In this document: positions 24,770 to 36,667 of the stretch, in pieces
Layout of the letters: each line of letters begins with the position of its first letter
Position numbering within the stretch: the stretch's first letter is position 1
From: Octopus sinensis
Taxonomy: Eukaryota
Assembly (NCBI RefSeq): GCF_006345805.1
Contig: NC_043006.1
Span: forward strand, 42,966,001-43,030,000
Direction: 5' to 3'
DNA length: 64,000 bases
The notes under the pieces: model-generated
What the model was told of the DNA's origin: nothing
Seen by the model: only the letters and a program-made list of their open reading frames with translations
The model's database searches: none
Position numbers and translations under genes: made by a program

Positions 24770-25200
24770 CTTTTATATTTTTGTTATACTTGTTTTAGTC
24801 ATCGGACTATGCCCAGACTGGGGCATCCTCTTCAAAGGTTTCAGTTGAATGAATTGACCTCAGTGCATTTTTTTTATGACTACTACTTTTCCTATTAGTC
24901 TCTTATGCCAGACTACAAAGTTGTGAGATGTAAACAAACCAATACCAGCTGGTGAAGCATTTATTGGGGAGAAACACAAAGACACATACAAATGTACACA
25001 CAAACATACTCACATACACATACACACACACACAAGACAAGCTTCTTTCAATTTCCATCTACCAAATCCCCTCACAAGGTTTTGGTCAACCCAGGGCCTT
25101 TGGTAGAAGATACTTGCGCAAAGTACAATACAGTTGTCCTGAATTCAGAATCATGTCTTCGAGAAACAAGAATATTACCAGGCAGCCATGCCTATGCCTA
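24770..25200 (-). mobile_element. SINE family 1, diverged
   Basis: Recognisable tail, CTTCTTTCAATTTCCATCTACCAAATCC body and GAAGATACTTGC segment. Confidence 0.7.
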
Positions 25201-25227
25201 TAGCCAATATATACTTATGTGTGTATA

Positions 25228-25291
<64 letters not shown>

Positions 25292-25490
25292 TATATATAT
25301 AGTTATGTATATATATTGATTAATTTGTTAGCTGGGTTTCTATTTTGATGTGCTAAATAGATTTAAGTGTAAGATATTTTCGAGTATCAATAATCAATAA
25401 GATAATGTGTGCCCACACCCTTTGAGTTCTTTAAAATCCTTTTGTACACAAAGTATTTCCTTGTTTTTATAGCTGTTATATATATATAAT

Positions 25491-25528
<38 letters not shown>

Positions 25529-25553
25529 GTATATATAAATATTATATATATAG

Positions 25554-25587
<34 letters not shown>

Positions 25588-25744
25588 TATATAATATATA
25601 TAATATATATTATATATATAATATATATATAATATATATATAATATATATACAGATATAGATATTTATACATAGATTATATATATATACATATATGTGTA
25701 TATATGTGTATGTATATGTAAATATACACATGTATATACACATG

Positions 25745-25776
<32 letters not shown>

Positions 25777-25886
25777 CACTTGAGTGGAATTGAATTGGTG
25801 CATGTGTTATTAATATTGGCATAATATCATAATGACTCTCCCTAGATACAACCATATATATACATATATATATACATATACACATA

Positions 25887-26740
25887 CAGGGTCTGATCAA
25901 TAAGTATCTTGACTGTTGCCATAGTAACAAAGCTAAAGCATGCAGAGTAAAGCCACTTGGCACAGCGTGACCTTGGACTCTGCTGTGCATATGCAATAAG
26001 TTTTAACATTGTAGCTCACTTCTGCTGGGAAGGAACGTGTGTAGTGTGTTATTGTCACATTGACCATGACAGAGAAAGTTGTCATGGTGATACCTGCTCA
26101 GAGGCCAACACAAAGTTGCAGAAAGTGTATGGAGAGGAGTGTATGAGCCACATACATGTGTACGAGTGGTTCAGACATTTTCAAGATGGCTGAAAAAAAT
26201 GTCACATTGACAAAAGTTCTGGGAGGCTGCAACCAGCAAAACTGAGAAAAACATTACAGATGTGCATGCAGCAGTGAGAGGAAAAAGAATCATCATCTGT
26301 GAGTTATCAGAGGATGTGCAGATTAGTTATCACTGAAGTTTTGGGTATGAGATGCATGTCTGCCAAGTTTGTGCCAAAACTGCTTTCAGCTGACCCAAAA
26401 GACACTCGGGTTTCAGTTGCACAAGATCTCCTTGTTTGTGTCGAGAATGATGAAAACTTTTTGAAAACTCTGTGTAGGCCTCTGAGTAGGTATCACCAAG
26501 CTTTTGTCAAAATTTGATACAGATTTTCTGTTCAATATTCTGTCATTGTCAATACGACAATCAAACACTACACACGTTCCTTCCATGTACTGCTGTAAGC
26601 AATGAAAGCAAGCTAGAATGTTAAAACTTAATTCACATGCACAGCAGAGTTTAAGTTTAATCTGTGCCAAGCAGCTTCACTTTGTGATCTTTAGCTTTGT
26701 TTCTATGGCAACAGTCCAGTTATTTATTGATCAGACTATG
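25887..26740 (+). mobile_element. Mariner-family deletion derivative built from two inverted 5' ends
   Basis: TA-CAGGGTCTGATCAATAAGT TIR; HTH region LQKVYGEECMSHIHVYEWFRHFQDG and EVLGMRCMSAKFVPKLLSAD; 26464-26740 is an inverted copy of the first ~230-270 bp, including the start of the transposase. Confidence 0.85.
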
Positions 26741-26910
26741 TGTGTGTGTGTATATATATATATAGATATATATATATATAGATATATATATATATATATA
26801 TATATACCGGAGTAAACACATAAATGTGAAACAAGGTGGAAAAAAGAGTACTCAAGTACCAGTGGTAGAGTAATATGCTTTATTTTAAGCAGCAGAAAAT
26901 TCAACAAAAT

Positions 26911-26948
26911 CTGTTACTCTGAGTTTCTCGTTGCCGTTCATCAGACAG
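26911..26948 (-). ncRNA. Minimal Type I hammerhead in the inverted pseudo-LTR
   Basis: Exact reverse complement of 29407-29444. Confidence 0.7.
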
Positions 26949-27227
26949 TTTTTGCTAGAATGGAACTGATATATCAATTCAATCTATACTCTTACAAACG
27001 CTACACCTTTAAAAAGAAATGGACTTGTTTGATTGGCCCTTTAGAAAAAACGGTCAATCTTCGAGCGATAAACAAAAAGGTCAAAAATATATGTATATAT
27101 ATATATATAAAAAACTTATAAAAATTATAAAATCCGAGGAAAAACCTATTGACGTTAATGAAGACAGTGCAAATTAATGCATAGAAATTAAACCTGTTAT
27201 AAATACTGCAATACATATTTATATTAA

Positions 27228-28346
27228 GATGCAGGTTTATATAGGGATGACGGCCTTATAGCCACGCATAATCTAAACGGCCATGAATCAGATAGACTTA
27301 GGAAGGACCTTATAGCTTTCTTTCAAAGGATGGGCTTACGGGTAACGATAGATGCTAACCTGAATAGTGTAGATTTTTTAGACGTAAATTTTAATGTAAG
27401 ATCGGATAGATTTAAACCTTTCCGTAAGCCCAATGAAAAGCTATCGTATATTAGCAAAGATTCGAACCATCCACCAGTTATCCTTAGCAACTTAGTCAGC
27501 AATATAGGTAGAAGAATATCTTCAATTTCTTCGGACGAGGCAGCATTCCATAATGCTGCACCTTATTACGGTAGCGCATTAAAGAATAGTGGATTCTCGG
27601 AGAAGATCCAGTTCAACCAGCTTAATGCTGATAATAATGCTGCACGAAGAACTAGGACCAGGAAAGTTTTGTGGTTCAACCCGGCTTTCAATTTGGCCGT
27701 AAAGACTAATATAGGTAAGGAATTTTTGAGATTAGTCTCTAAGCATTTTAAGCAGGGTCATAAATTCTACAGAATATTTAATAGAAGAACCCTGAAGGTT
27801 AGCTATTCTTGTTGCAGAAATTTCGCCTCTTACATTAGCCAACATAATAGGAAGCTAATTGAGATTAGACATGGTGCCGAGCCCATTAAGAAATGTAATT
27901 TCAAAAACGAAAGCTCCTGTCCGTTAGAAGGGAAATGTCTAGTGAAAGGAGTAGTTTATAGAGCCAAGGTGCAAGTGGAAGGCTCATCGGAATACAAGAC
28001 ATACACAGGGGCTTCAGAAAATTCATTTAAAACAAGATTTTATTCTCATAAAAATTCATTTAAATACCCAGAGAATAGGAAGAAAACCAGCCTAGCAAAA
28101 TATGTCTGGGAACTAAAAGAAAAGGAAGCCCCACCTTTCAACGTGACATGGAGCATTCTGGACAGGGCGGCACCATACAGGCATGGAGCTTACAAAAATA
28201 ATTTCAAGTGCAGACTTTGTCTATTAGAAAAAATGTACATCTTATTCAAAGACAATAATTCTTTGAATCAAAGAAGTGAGTTAATGAACTTATGTAGGCA
28301 CGCGGCTAAATCTAAAATGTCGAATATAAATATACCATATGGATAG
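27228..28346 (+). CDS. PLE reverse transcriptase (5'-truncated) plus GIY-YIG endonuclease
   Basis: Frame open for 373 codons from the junction: DAGLYRDDGL (catalytic motif), VDFLDV, SNHPP, LWFNPAF, VSYSC, CPLEGKC, GVVYRA..YTGASENSFKTRFYSH, CRLCLLEK, LNQRSE..CRH. The upstream RT is missing, so this copy is non-autonomous. Confidence 0.93.
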   Translation, partial: DAGLYRDDGLIATHNLNGHESDRLRKDLIAFFQRMGLRVTIDANLNSVDFLDVNFNVRSDRFKPFRKPNEKLSYISKDSNHPPVILSNLVSNIGRRISSISSDEAAFHNAAPYYGSALKNSGFSEKIQFNQLNADNNAARRTRTRKVLWFNPAFNLAVKTNIGKEFLRLVSKHFKQGHKFYRIFNRRTLKVSYSCCRNFASYISQHNRKLIEIRHGAEPIKKCNFKNESSCPLEGKCLVKGVVYRAKVQVEGSSEYKTYTGASENSFKTRFYSHKNSFKYPENRKKTSLAKYVWELKEKEAPPFNVTWSILDRAAPYRHGAYKNNFKCRLCLLEKMYILFKDNNSLNQRSELMNLCRHAAKSKMSNINIPYG

Positions 28347-29406
28347 AGTATATATATTTTGTATTTTTGATGTTTGATTTTGATTTTGACTCTTGAGCGC
28401 TACGATGGATTTTGATTTTGTTTCCAAGCTATGCGGATCTTAATCCGTATAGCAAAGTCTTATGTTTCCACATATATATTAGGAAAAACCTACAAACTTT
28501 GTTTTCATGTTATTGTATTGCATAGGATTACCTTGATTATTTATATTACCTTGATTATTTATAAATGACTCAAAATAGGATGTTATATTTTATTTTATAT
28601 GTCTTTCGTATATATTTTTATTAATGCACCCATTTTTAAAAGCAATGTTTTTTAAAAAAAGCAATGTTGTCAAAATTAGAATGTTTATATAAGTATGTGT
28701 ATAGCAAAGCATATGTATTTGTAAGCATGCGTATCTGTGTATGTGTAAGTGAAAGTATGTTTGTGCTTAAGCACACATATACACGACGGTATGTATATGT
28801 ATCCATTCAAACTTGTGTATGTATACTGGTCTCTATAGATGCCATTAACATCGTTACACTGCTTGTATACATAATTTTTTTCTTATTTCGTTTTTTTCCC
28901 CACCCCTCCTTCGTTCCTTTTTCTCTCTTTCCCTTTCTTTCGTTCCCCCTCCTTGCTCAGTATATGAGAATTGCTACATAGATGAATTTTAGCTTGCGTG
29001 CGAGACGGTTTGCGTGAATATATGTACACATGCTTTTATGTGTATATTTAGATTCATATTCATACGTCTGTATATGTATGTATGGCGTTTAAGCGCATCC
29101 TTTTGTGTATGTTGATATATATATGTAGATTTTAATATAAATATGTATTGCAGTATTTATAACAGGTTTAATTTCTATGCATTGATTTGCACTGTCTTCA
29201 TTAACGTCAATAGGTTTTTTCCTCGGATTTTATAATTTTTATAAGTTTTTTATATATATATACATATATTTTGACCTTTTTGTTTATCGCTCGAAGATTG
29301 ACCGTTTTTTCTAAAGGGCCAATCAAACAAGTCCATTTCTTTTTAAAGGTGTAGCGTTTGTAAGAGTATAGATTGAATTGATATATCAGTTCCATTCTAG
29401 CAAAAA

Positions 29407-29444
29407 CTGTCTGATGAACGGCAACGAGAAACTCAGAGTAACAG
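29407..29444 (+). ncRNA. Minimal Type I hammerhead in the 3' pseudo-LTR
   Basis: CUGU CUGAUGA ACG-GCAA-CGA GAAA CUCAGAG UA ACAG: stem I CUGU/ACAG, short GNRA-capped stem II, quasi-palindromic stem III ACUC-A-GAGU, GUA triplet. Confidence 0.72.
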
Positions 29445-29476
29445 ATTTTGTTGAATTTTCTGCTGCTTAAAATAAA

Positions 29477-29520
<44 letters not shown>

Positions 29521-29866
29521 TCTTCATTATCATCATCATCGTTTAATGTCTACCTTCCATGCTGGCACAGGATTTATATATGTGTGTGTCTGTGTGTATG
29601 TGGAGAGAGAAAGTCAGGTGGGGAATGAATTGGTGTAATTGTCACAACATTGCACAAAATGCTTTGTGGTATTTATTACATGTCTCTAGGTTCTGAGTTC
29701 ATATCCTACTAGTGTCATCCATGCCTTCTGTCCCTCCTCAGCTGATATAATAAGGTACAAATGAAATATAGGGATCGATGTATTTTACTAAATCCCTTCT
29801 TCCAAAACTTCTGGCCTTATACCTAAATTTCAAACAATATATACCAGCATATAAAACAGACTGTAA

Positions 29867-30083
29867 CCCTTTAGCGTTCAGGTTTCTCTGTCGAATGCAA
29901 TGGTTATTAATTTATGGTCTTGAATTAATCATGCATCACCTTGTATCTTTGAGATTTTTATGATGTGATTTGTTTACTTTGAGAAGACATTGTAGGGTAG
30001 GTGTGAGAGGATGGGTCAGGTCAGTTTGAACATAAAACAGGTAGAATGTTTGGGCGGGATATGGTTGGTTAAAACGCTAAGGG
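29867..30083. mobile_element. piggyBac-like MITE
   Basis: (G)TAA-CCCTTTAGC...GCTAAGGG-TTAA termini; a second copy at 52492-53201 is split by a SINE. Confidence 0.75.
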
Positions 30084-30087
30084 TTAA

Positions 30088-30260
30088 ATGACGACGACAA
30101 CGATGGTGGTGGTGGTGGTGGGTGATGGTAGTGATGGTGGGGGGGGGTGATGGTGGTGATGATGAAGATGATGATGATGACGATGACGACGACGACGACG
30201 ATGATGGCGATGATGGCAATGGTGATGGTATTGGTGGTGGTGGTGGTGGTGGTGGTGATA

Positions 30261-30295
<35 letters not shown>

Positions 30296-30378
30296 ATTGA
30301 TGGTGATGATGATAATGATGATGATGATGGTGATGTTGATGATGGTGATGATGATGATGATGATGACGATGATGATGA
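30088..30378. repeat. Compound trinucleotide array (GAT/GGT/GAC)n
   Basis: Read directly; source of the poly-D/H/M ORF calls. Confidence 0.95.
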
Positions 30379-31167
30379 AGGACAGATGGATAGATAGATA
30401 GATAAATAGACAAATACATAGAGAGAGAGAGACAGACAGACAGATAGATATAGATGCTTGTTTGTATGCTACTGCCTTTTCACACTCACAAGCACCTGCA
30501 TCCACAAATGAATATGGTGTTTGCATCTGATTAGTAAAAGGGTTTTAATATTCAAATTTAAACAAGCATAAATACAGAAATAAAACCGATATATACATCC
30601 TTTGCTCATGTGGCCAAGTCACATTTGTTCAGAAAGGTTGTTTAATGGGTTCAAACTGTGTTCAAGTCATTGTATTTTTGTCTTGAGTCAAAATACATTG
30701 TGTTGACTGATCCAGCCCCCTTAGCTATAAGTGGTTTCCGAATTTGATTTCACAGATGAATAGTTAACAGAAGAAGGGAAAATAGCTGTGCCAAGAATTC
30801 ATATATATGTGCAAGTGTGTGGTGCTCAGTCATTCGAGCTGACACTGGAAAAATTGGATGAGAAGAAGAGTGAGTGCATGTATGTGTGTGTGTGTATGTG
30901 AGGTGCCCCTCATTAGAGTTGGCTGGATTGTTCTGAGAATTTGGACATTTGGATGATCTGTTGGAGCAAATGATTTTAAAACCAGGCGCCATTTTCTCAT
31001 GCCATCCACTCGACTATGAAATGATGAATGTAACACCTACACTTCAACATGGTTTCAATCAAGCAAGTAATATTACAGATAGCTTAAGGATACGCAACAC
31101 AGAGCTTAGGGTTTCGCATTGGTGTGCCAGTTTGTTGTGCACACGCACACACACATACACATACACA

Positions 31168-31204
<37 letters not shown>

Positions 31205-31238
31205 ACACACATGCACACGCATGCACACACGTACTCAC

Positions 31239-31315
31239 TTGCCTGTGCAATCATACAGCAGATTGCACCATGCCGCTTCGACTCTCCATCTTCTATACAA
31301 TTACTTTTGCCGTGT
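31239..31315 (-). other. Possible isolated 77-nt exon of an unidentified host gene
   Basis: Minus strand TTTGTAATTTCAG|...GGCAA|GTGAGT; only one open frame (HGKSNCIEDGESKRHGAICCMIAQA). No homology recognised. Confidence 0.2.
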
Positions 31316-31451
31316 CTGAAATTACAAATCTGCAGCTTTAATCCTCGGTGTCTTTACCCTACATATCTATTGACACAGAGCTAAAAAAATAATTGACAAC
31401 AATCTTCCATATACAATGTTCTGATACATATATATATATATATATATAATC

Positions 31452-31508
<57 letters not shown>

Positions 31509-33529
31509 TATATATATATAGTTGCCATTACTTTACATTATGTTAACCAGCGTGCAAAGGAAATTAAAATGCATACAGGATTTTTTTTGCTGTGTATTTC
31601 TTTGAAATATCTATAAAGATGTCATTAAAGCAAAGAGAGACTTCATACGATATAATCTTACATATAATACGATATAATAACAGATATATTTTCATAAAAT
31701 GCTGAGATAGTTTTATTTAATAGCAGCAAAATGTTATTTTTTAAAAACCCATCTTATTATATCATTATATAATTATAGGAATATTTCCAAGTTTATTTCC
31801 ACTTGAGAACTTAGTACATGCACGTTATTATTATTATTTTTTTTTCTGTTTTTTCTTCGTTTCAACAGTGAGTAAAATGTGCACATTTGAACATTTTTCT
31901 AAGGTTGCACTATAAAGAGTCTGAAAGAATATTTGCTATAGAGACCAAAATATGATTTCAACTGATTGTTATCTTGGTAATTCATTTTGATTCTTGCTAT
32001 CTTGATTGGTTTGACTGTTGTCAAGACAACTTTAAAAGGTTTGCATGCATACACGCACACTTACACACACACTATACAAGGAATAATAAGAAATTAATAA
32101 TTAACAAAAGAATGTTAATGAGATAATAAGGATTTGTTAATTTGTAATGATGTATTTTTATAAAGCCTGCAAAAATTAAGTGTTTTTGATATTAGGCAAT
32201 GCATTATCAACTTCAGATTCCGGAGTTTGGAGCCAAAAGTCTGGTATCTTGGAAAATAGCAAGAAAGTGTGGCAGCATTTAAACTACTTTTTTTCTTCTC
32301 TTTTTTTTTTTGCTTTTTTTTTGTTCATTTTCCTCATTTCATTCAAGATAGCTTTGCAGATTAGCATAAATTTCTTAAATTACTTATAGAAGTAGTATGC
32401 AGAGTTGTTCTTAGAACAAAGAAAATGCCAGAGATAGCAATTTCAAACTGCAATGTCCTCAAGACAATTCTCTGAAGCGCATAACTTAGAATTGTTAACC
32501 TTTTGAAACGGTACCAGTTGTTGTAGCAACTTGACTTTTCATTTCTTTTCAAGTTCATAAAACCAAACTCCTATTATTCCACCAATGCCAAGATAGCATT
32601 TTGGTTCTTCTTCTATGGTTTTGTGAGCAAATGAGAGTTATTAACCATAACCTCAACAGTTATTCTCTGATATAATTCACTTCATAAATTTATTGAGTTG
32701 TTAAGCAGGTATATGCACTTGATTTTTAATCTGATCTGCCTGTGTGGCTGTGTGGTGAAGATATTTGCTTCCCAATCATGTAGTCTTTGGTTCTGTTCCA
32801 CTGCATAGTACCTTAGGCAATAATTTCCTGTTATAGACCCTCTAACCAGAGACTTCTGAATGGATTAAATCGACAAAACCTGAAAGAAACCTATCGTTCC
32901 CTTGTCAGTCGCTGGAAAACTGCTCTCACATGGTTACCGGTTGAGACATTTTAACAGACTAAGTAGATGAAAGTCTGTCAAAATGTCTCTACCGGTCAAC
33001 ATGCAACTTCCTTAATGTGCTTTCACCCTGATGATATTCTACTTGAAATTTTCAATTGATTGTGAATTGAAACAATTGTAGGTAATGTTAATTAATAAGT
33101 TAATTTTATCCATCAACTCTCATCAACTCATAAACAACTCATACACAACACACACACACACACATGATATTTTACTTTTTTTCAGTCAGACTGCAACTAT
33201 GCTGTGACACTGCCTTCAAAAGTTTAGCTGAAAAAATCCATCAGTCCCTTTTGATAAACTGCTAAGTTATGGGCATGTACACAAACCAACACTGGTTCAT
33301 CACATGGTAAGAGGGGGAAAACATAAACACAAAGTCTTACATATGTACACACACACATATACTTACATACATACATACATACATACATACACACACACAT
33401 ATACTTACGTACATACATATACACACACACATATACTTACATACATACACACACACACACACATATACATACATGCATACTTACATGCATACACGCACAT
33501 ACATATCTACATCTATAAATACATATATA

Positions 33530-33930
33530 CGTGCAGGAGCGGCTCAGTGGTAAGTATCTTGTTTCTCAACCACATGGTTCTGGGTTCATTCCCGCTGCAT
33601 GGCACCTTGGGCAAGTGTCTTCTACTATAGCCTCAGGCCGACCAAAGCCTTGTGAGTGGATTTGGTAGACAGAAACTGAAAGAAGACTGTCGTACATATG
33701 TATATAAATATGTATGTGTGTGTATATGTTTGTGTGTCTGTGTTTGTCCCCCCAACATCGCTTGACAACTGATGCTGGTGTGTTTATGTCCCCGTAATTT
33801 AGCGATTTGGCAAAACAGACCGATAGAATAAGTACTAGGCTTACAAAGAATAAGTCCTGGGGTTGATTTGCTTGACTAAAGGCAGTGCTCCAGCATGACC
33901 ACAGTCAAATGACTGTAACAAGTAAAGGAG
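33530..33930 (+). mobile_element. SINE family 1, full length
   Basis: GCAGGAGCGGCTCAGTGGTAAG head through CAGCATGACCACAGTCAAATGACTG tail. Confidence 0.88.
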
Positions 33931-34789
33931 AAAGAGATATATATACATACATATGTATGTACATACATACATACATGCATGAAAGTATGCATACACATAC
34001 ATACATACACACATACATACATACACATACATACATACATACATACATACATGCATACATACATGCACTCATACATATATCTATATCTATATATTTATAC
34101 GTGCACGTGTGTGTATTTGTGTGTGTGTGTGTGTGTGTGTGTATCCGTGAGAAATGTGTATCCAATTTTCACTGAAGCTAGCAGAGAATGGAATAACTGA
34201 GTAGGTTCGAAAATGTGATGCCGATGCAGCAGGATACAAGCAGCACAGAGAATATAAAAGACAAAAATTCTATATTGAAGGGAATATTTGATGCCAGAAA
34301 GAAATTTCTAGTTGAACTCCACTAAGTGTCCTTTGATTCTGTATTAAAAAGTGCAAGTAAAAGATTAAAGCATTTTCAAAATGTAGTTTCCAAATTCAGT
34401 GATTCAACTCCAAAGCATTTTAACAACACAGATAATGAATTAAATTAGAATTTTAAGCAGACACGTACTTAGACGTCATCCAGAATCAAATTGAAATCAT
34501 ACAAGGGTTTCTTTCATTGAAAGACATGTAGAAAGAGATAATGAGCATTAGCTGAATGGCAATTGCAAGTGTGGAGTAACTGCCCATCAACAATGTATTA
34601 GAATTAATGATAAGCACACGCATGGCTGTGTGGTTGCGTTGAGAAGTTTCCTTCCCAATCATATGGTCTCAGGTTCAGTCCCTCTGCATGGTACCTTGGT
34701 TAAGTATCTTCTACTATGAGCTCGGGCTGAGCAAAGAAGCCTTGTAGTCGAATTTGGTAGTTGGAAACTGGAAGAAGCTTACTGTGTAT

Positions 34790-35175
34790 ATCTATTTTAC
34801 TTGTTTCAGTCATTTGACTGCGGTCATGCTGGAGCACCACCTTTAGTCGAGCAAATCGAACCCAGGACTTATTCTTTGTAAGCCTAGAACTTATTCTATT
34901 GTCTCTTTTGCTGAACCGCAAAGTTATGGGGACGTAAACACACCAGCATCTGTTGTCAAGTGATGTTGGGGGGGGGGGACAAACACACACACACACACAC
35001 ACATATATATACATATATACGACAGGCTTCTTTCAGTTTCCATCTACCACATCCACTCACAAGGCTTTGGTCAGCCCTAGGCTATAGTAGAAGACACTTG
35101 CCCAAGGTGCCATGCAGTGAGATTGAACCCGGAACCATGTGGTGGGTAAGCAAGCTACTTACAATACAGCCACTT
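34790..35175 (-). mobile_element. SINE family 1, full length
   Basis: Reverse-complement copy, inverted relative to 33530-33930. Confidence 0.88.
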
Positions 35176-35961
35176 CTACGCCTATCTATGCATATCTATT
35201 TATCTATTGGTATATTACTCTGTTTGTCTGTTTGTCTGTATGTTAGCCTGTCTGTCTGTCTCTCTATCTATCTATCACTATGTGTGTCTGTGTGTATGTG
35301 GATGTGCTTGTGTGTGTGTGTGTGCACTCATGCATGTACTCTTATCAAAATATCATGATGATTGTAAACAAGCACCACCATCATACAAGTAGCATTGAAA
35401 TATTTTGTACCCCCTTCCTCTCTCTCTTAGTGACTTAGATATATTCATTGTGGCATGTCATGCTTTGAGAATACCCGAATGACCTCCCTCTCCGTCTCTT
35501 TGTTAGTGTAGAATTGTTGCTAACCTGGTTCTACTTTTTTACCCATAAAGTTTTTGACAGGAACAAAAGCAGTCCCATAATTCTTGAGTTAACCAGCTGA
35601 AATGTTGGAACAGCCTGGCGGTAAGTTTGAATTTTTTTATCCAATTAAAAATTAAATCATTTCAAATTAAGTAGGTATAGGGGCTAATGCAGAATCACAC
35701 CTCTTTGATAAACGAATTTTTGTGAAAAAATTTTTTTCAGATTCCTACCTTTAACAGAGATTCTGAATATGCAAAAATATTAGCAGAATCCAATTTCATC
35801 TTTATTACATTTCACTTATGATTTTTAAACTTTTTTAAGGGAGTGTGAGGATGGGAAAGTACCGACGTTTCAAAGAGAAAGAAAAATACAAACAATACAC
35901 TTATTTCAGGCTTATCTTTACGGAGCCATTTTTTATTCCCTGCTTATTCTAGGTCATATGG

Positions 35962-36235
35962 AGGCACAATGGCCCAGTGGGATTGTGGGTTCGAATCTCA
36001 GGCCAGGTGATGTGTGTGTTTATGAGTGAAACACCTAACCTCCACGCGGCTCAGGCAGAAGGTAATGGCAAACTTCTGCTGACTCTTTCACCACAACTTT
36101 CTCTCACTCTTTTCTCCTGCATCTTGAAGCTCACGTGCAATGTACCGGCATCGTGTCCAGCTGGTGGGGAACACATATGCCACAAAAACCGGGAAACCAG
36201 GCCTATGAGCCTGGCTAGGCTTGAAAAGGGCGACG
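35962..36235 (+). mobile_element. tRNA-headed SINE, family 4
   Basis: GAGGCACAATGGCCCAGTGG (A box) and GGGTTCGAATCTC (B box); a related head occurs on the minus strand at about 20080-20120. Confidence 0.6.
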
Positions 36236-36420
36236 TTTTTTTTTATTCTTGTTCATTCGGGGGTGATTGCATATTCAGAATCTCCCATATGTAAATCATA
36301 GGAATCCGAAAATTTTTTTACTGAAAAATTGCCCGGGGGAGTGGGGAGCAAAGAAATTCATTGCATGTCCAACCCCAGAAGTCACTGTACGCCACTGATA
36401 TATATATTTATTTATATATA

Positions 36421-36464
<44 letters not shown>

Positions 36465-36488
36465 TATATATATTATATATTATATATA

Positions 36489-36667
<179 letters not shown>

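Larger units (their letters stand above)
26807..29477 (+). mobile_element. Young Penelope-like element with inverted pseudo-LTRs
   Basis: 26878-27227 is a near-identical reverse complement of 29132-29477; these arms enclose an uninterrupted RT/GIY-YIG frame; both ends abut (TA)n. Confidence 0.92.

Noticed and set aside
30077-30526. Poly-His/Asp/Met/Ile ORFs (also 53754-54304, 60289-60606)
   Set aside because: Compound trinucleotide arrays; no splice or domain context.
35700-36310. Short inverted motifs (GAGATTCTGAATATGCA / TGCATATTCAGAATCTC) around a SINE
   Set aside because: Probably subterminal repeats of an old DNA transposon, but termini and TSD could not be defined.
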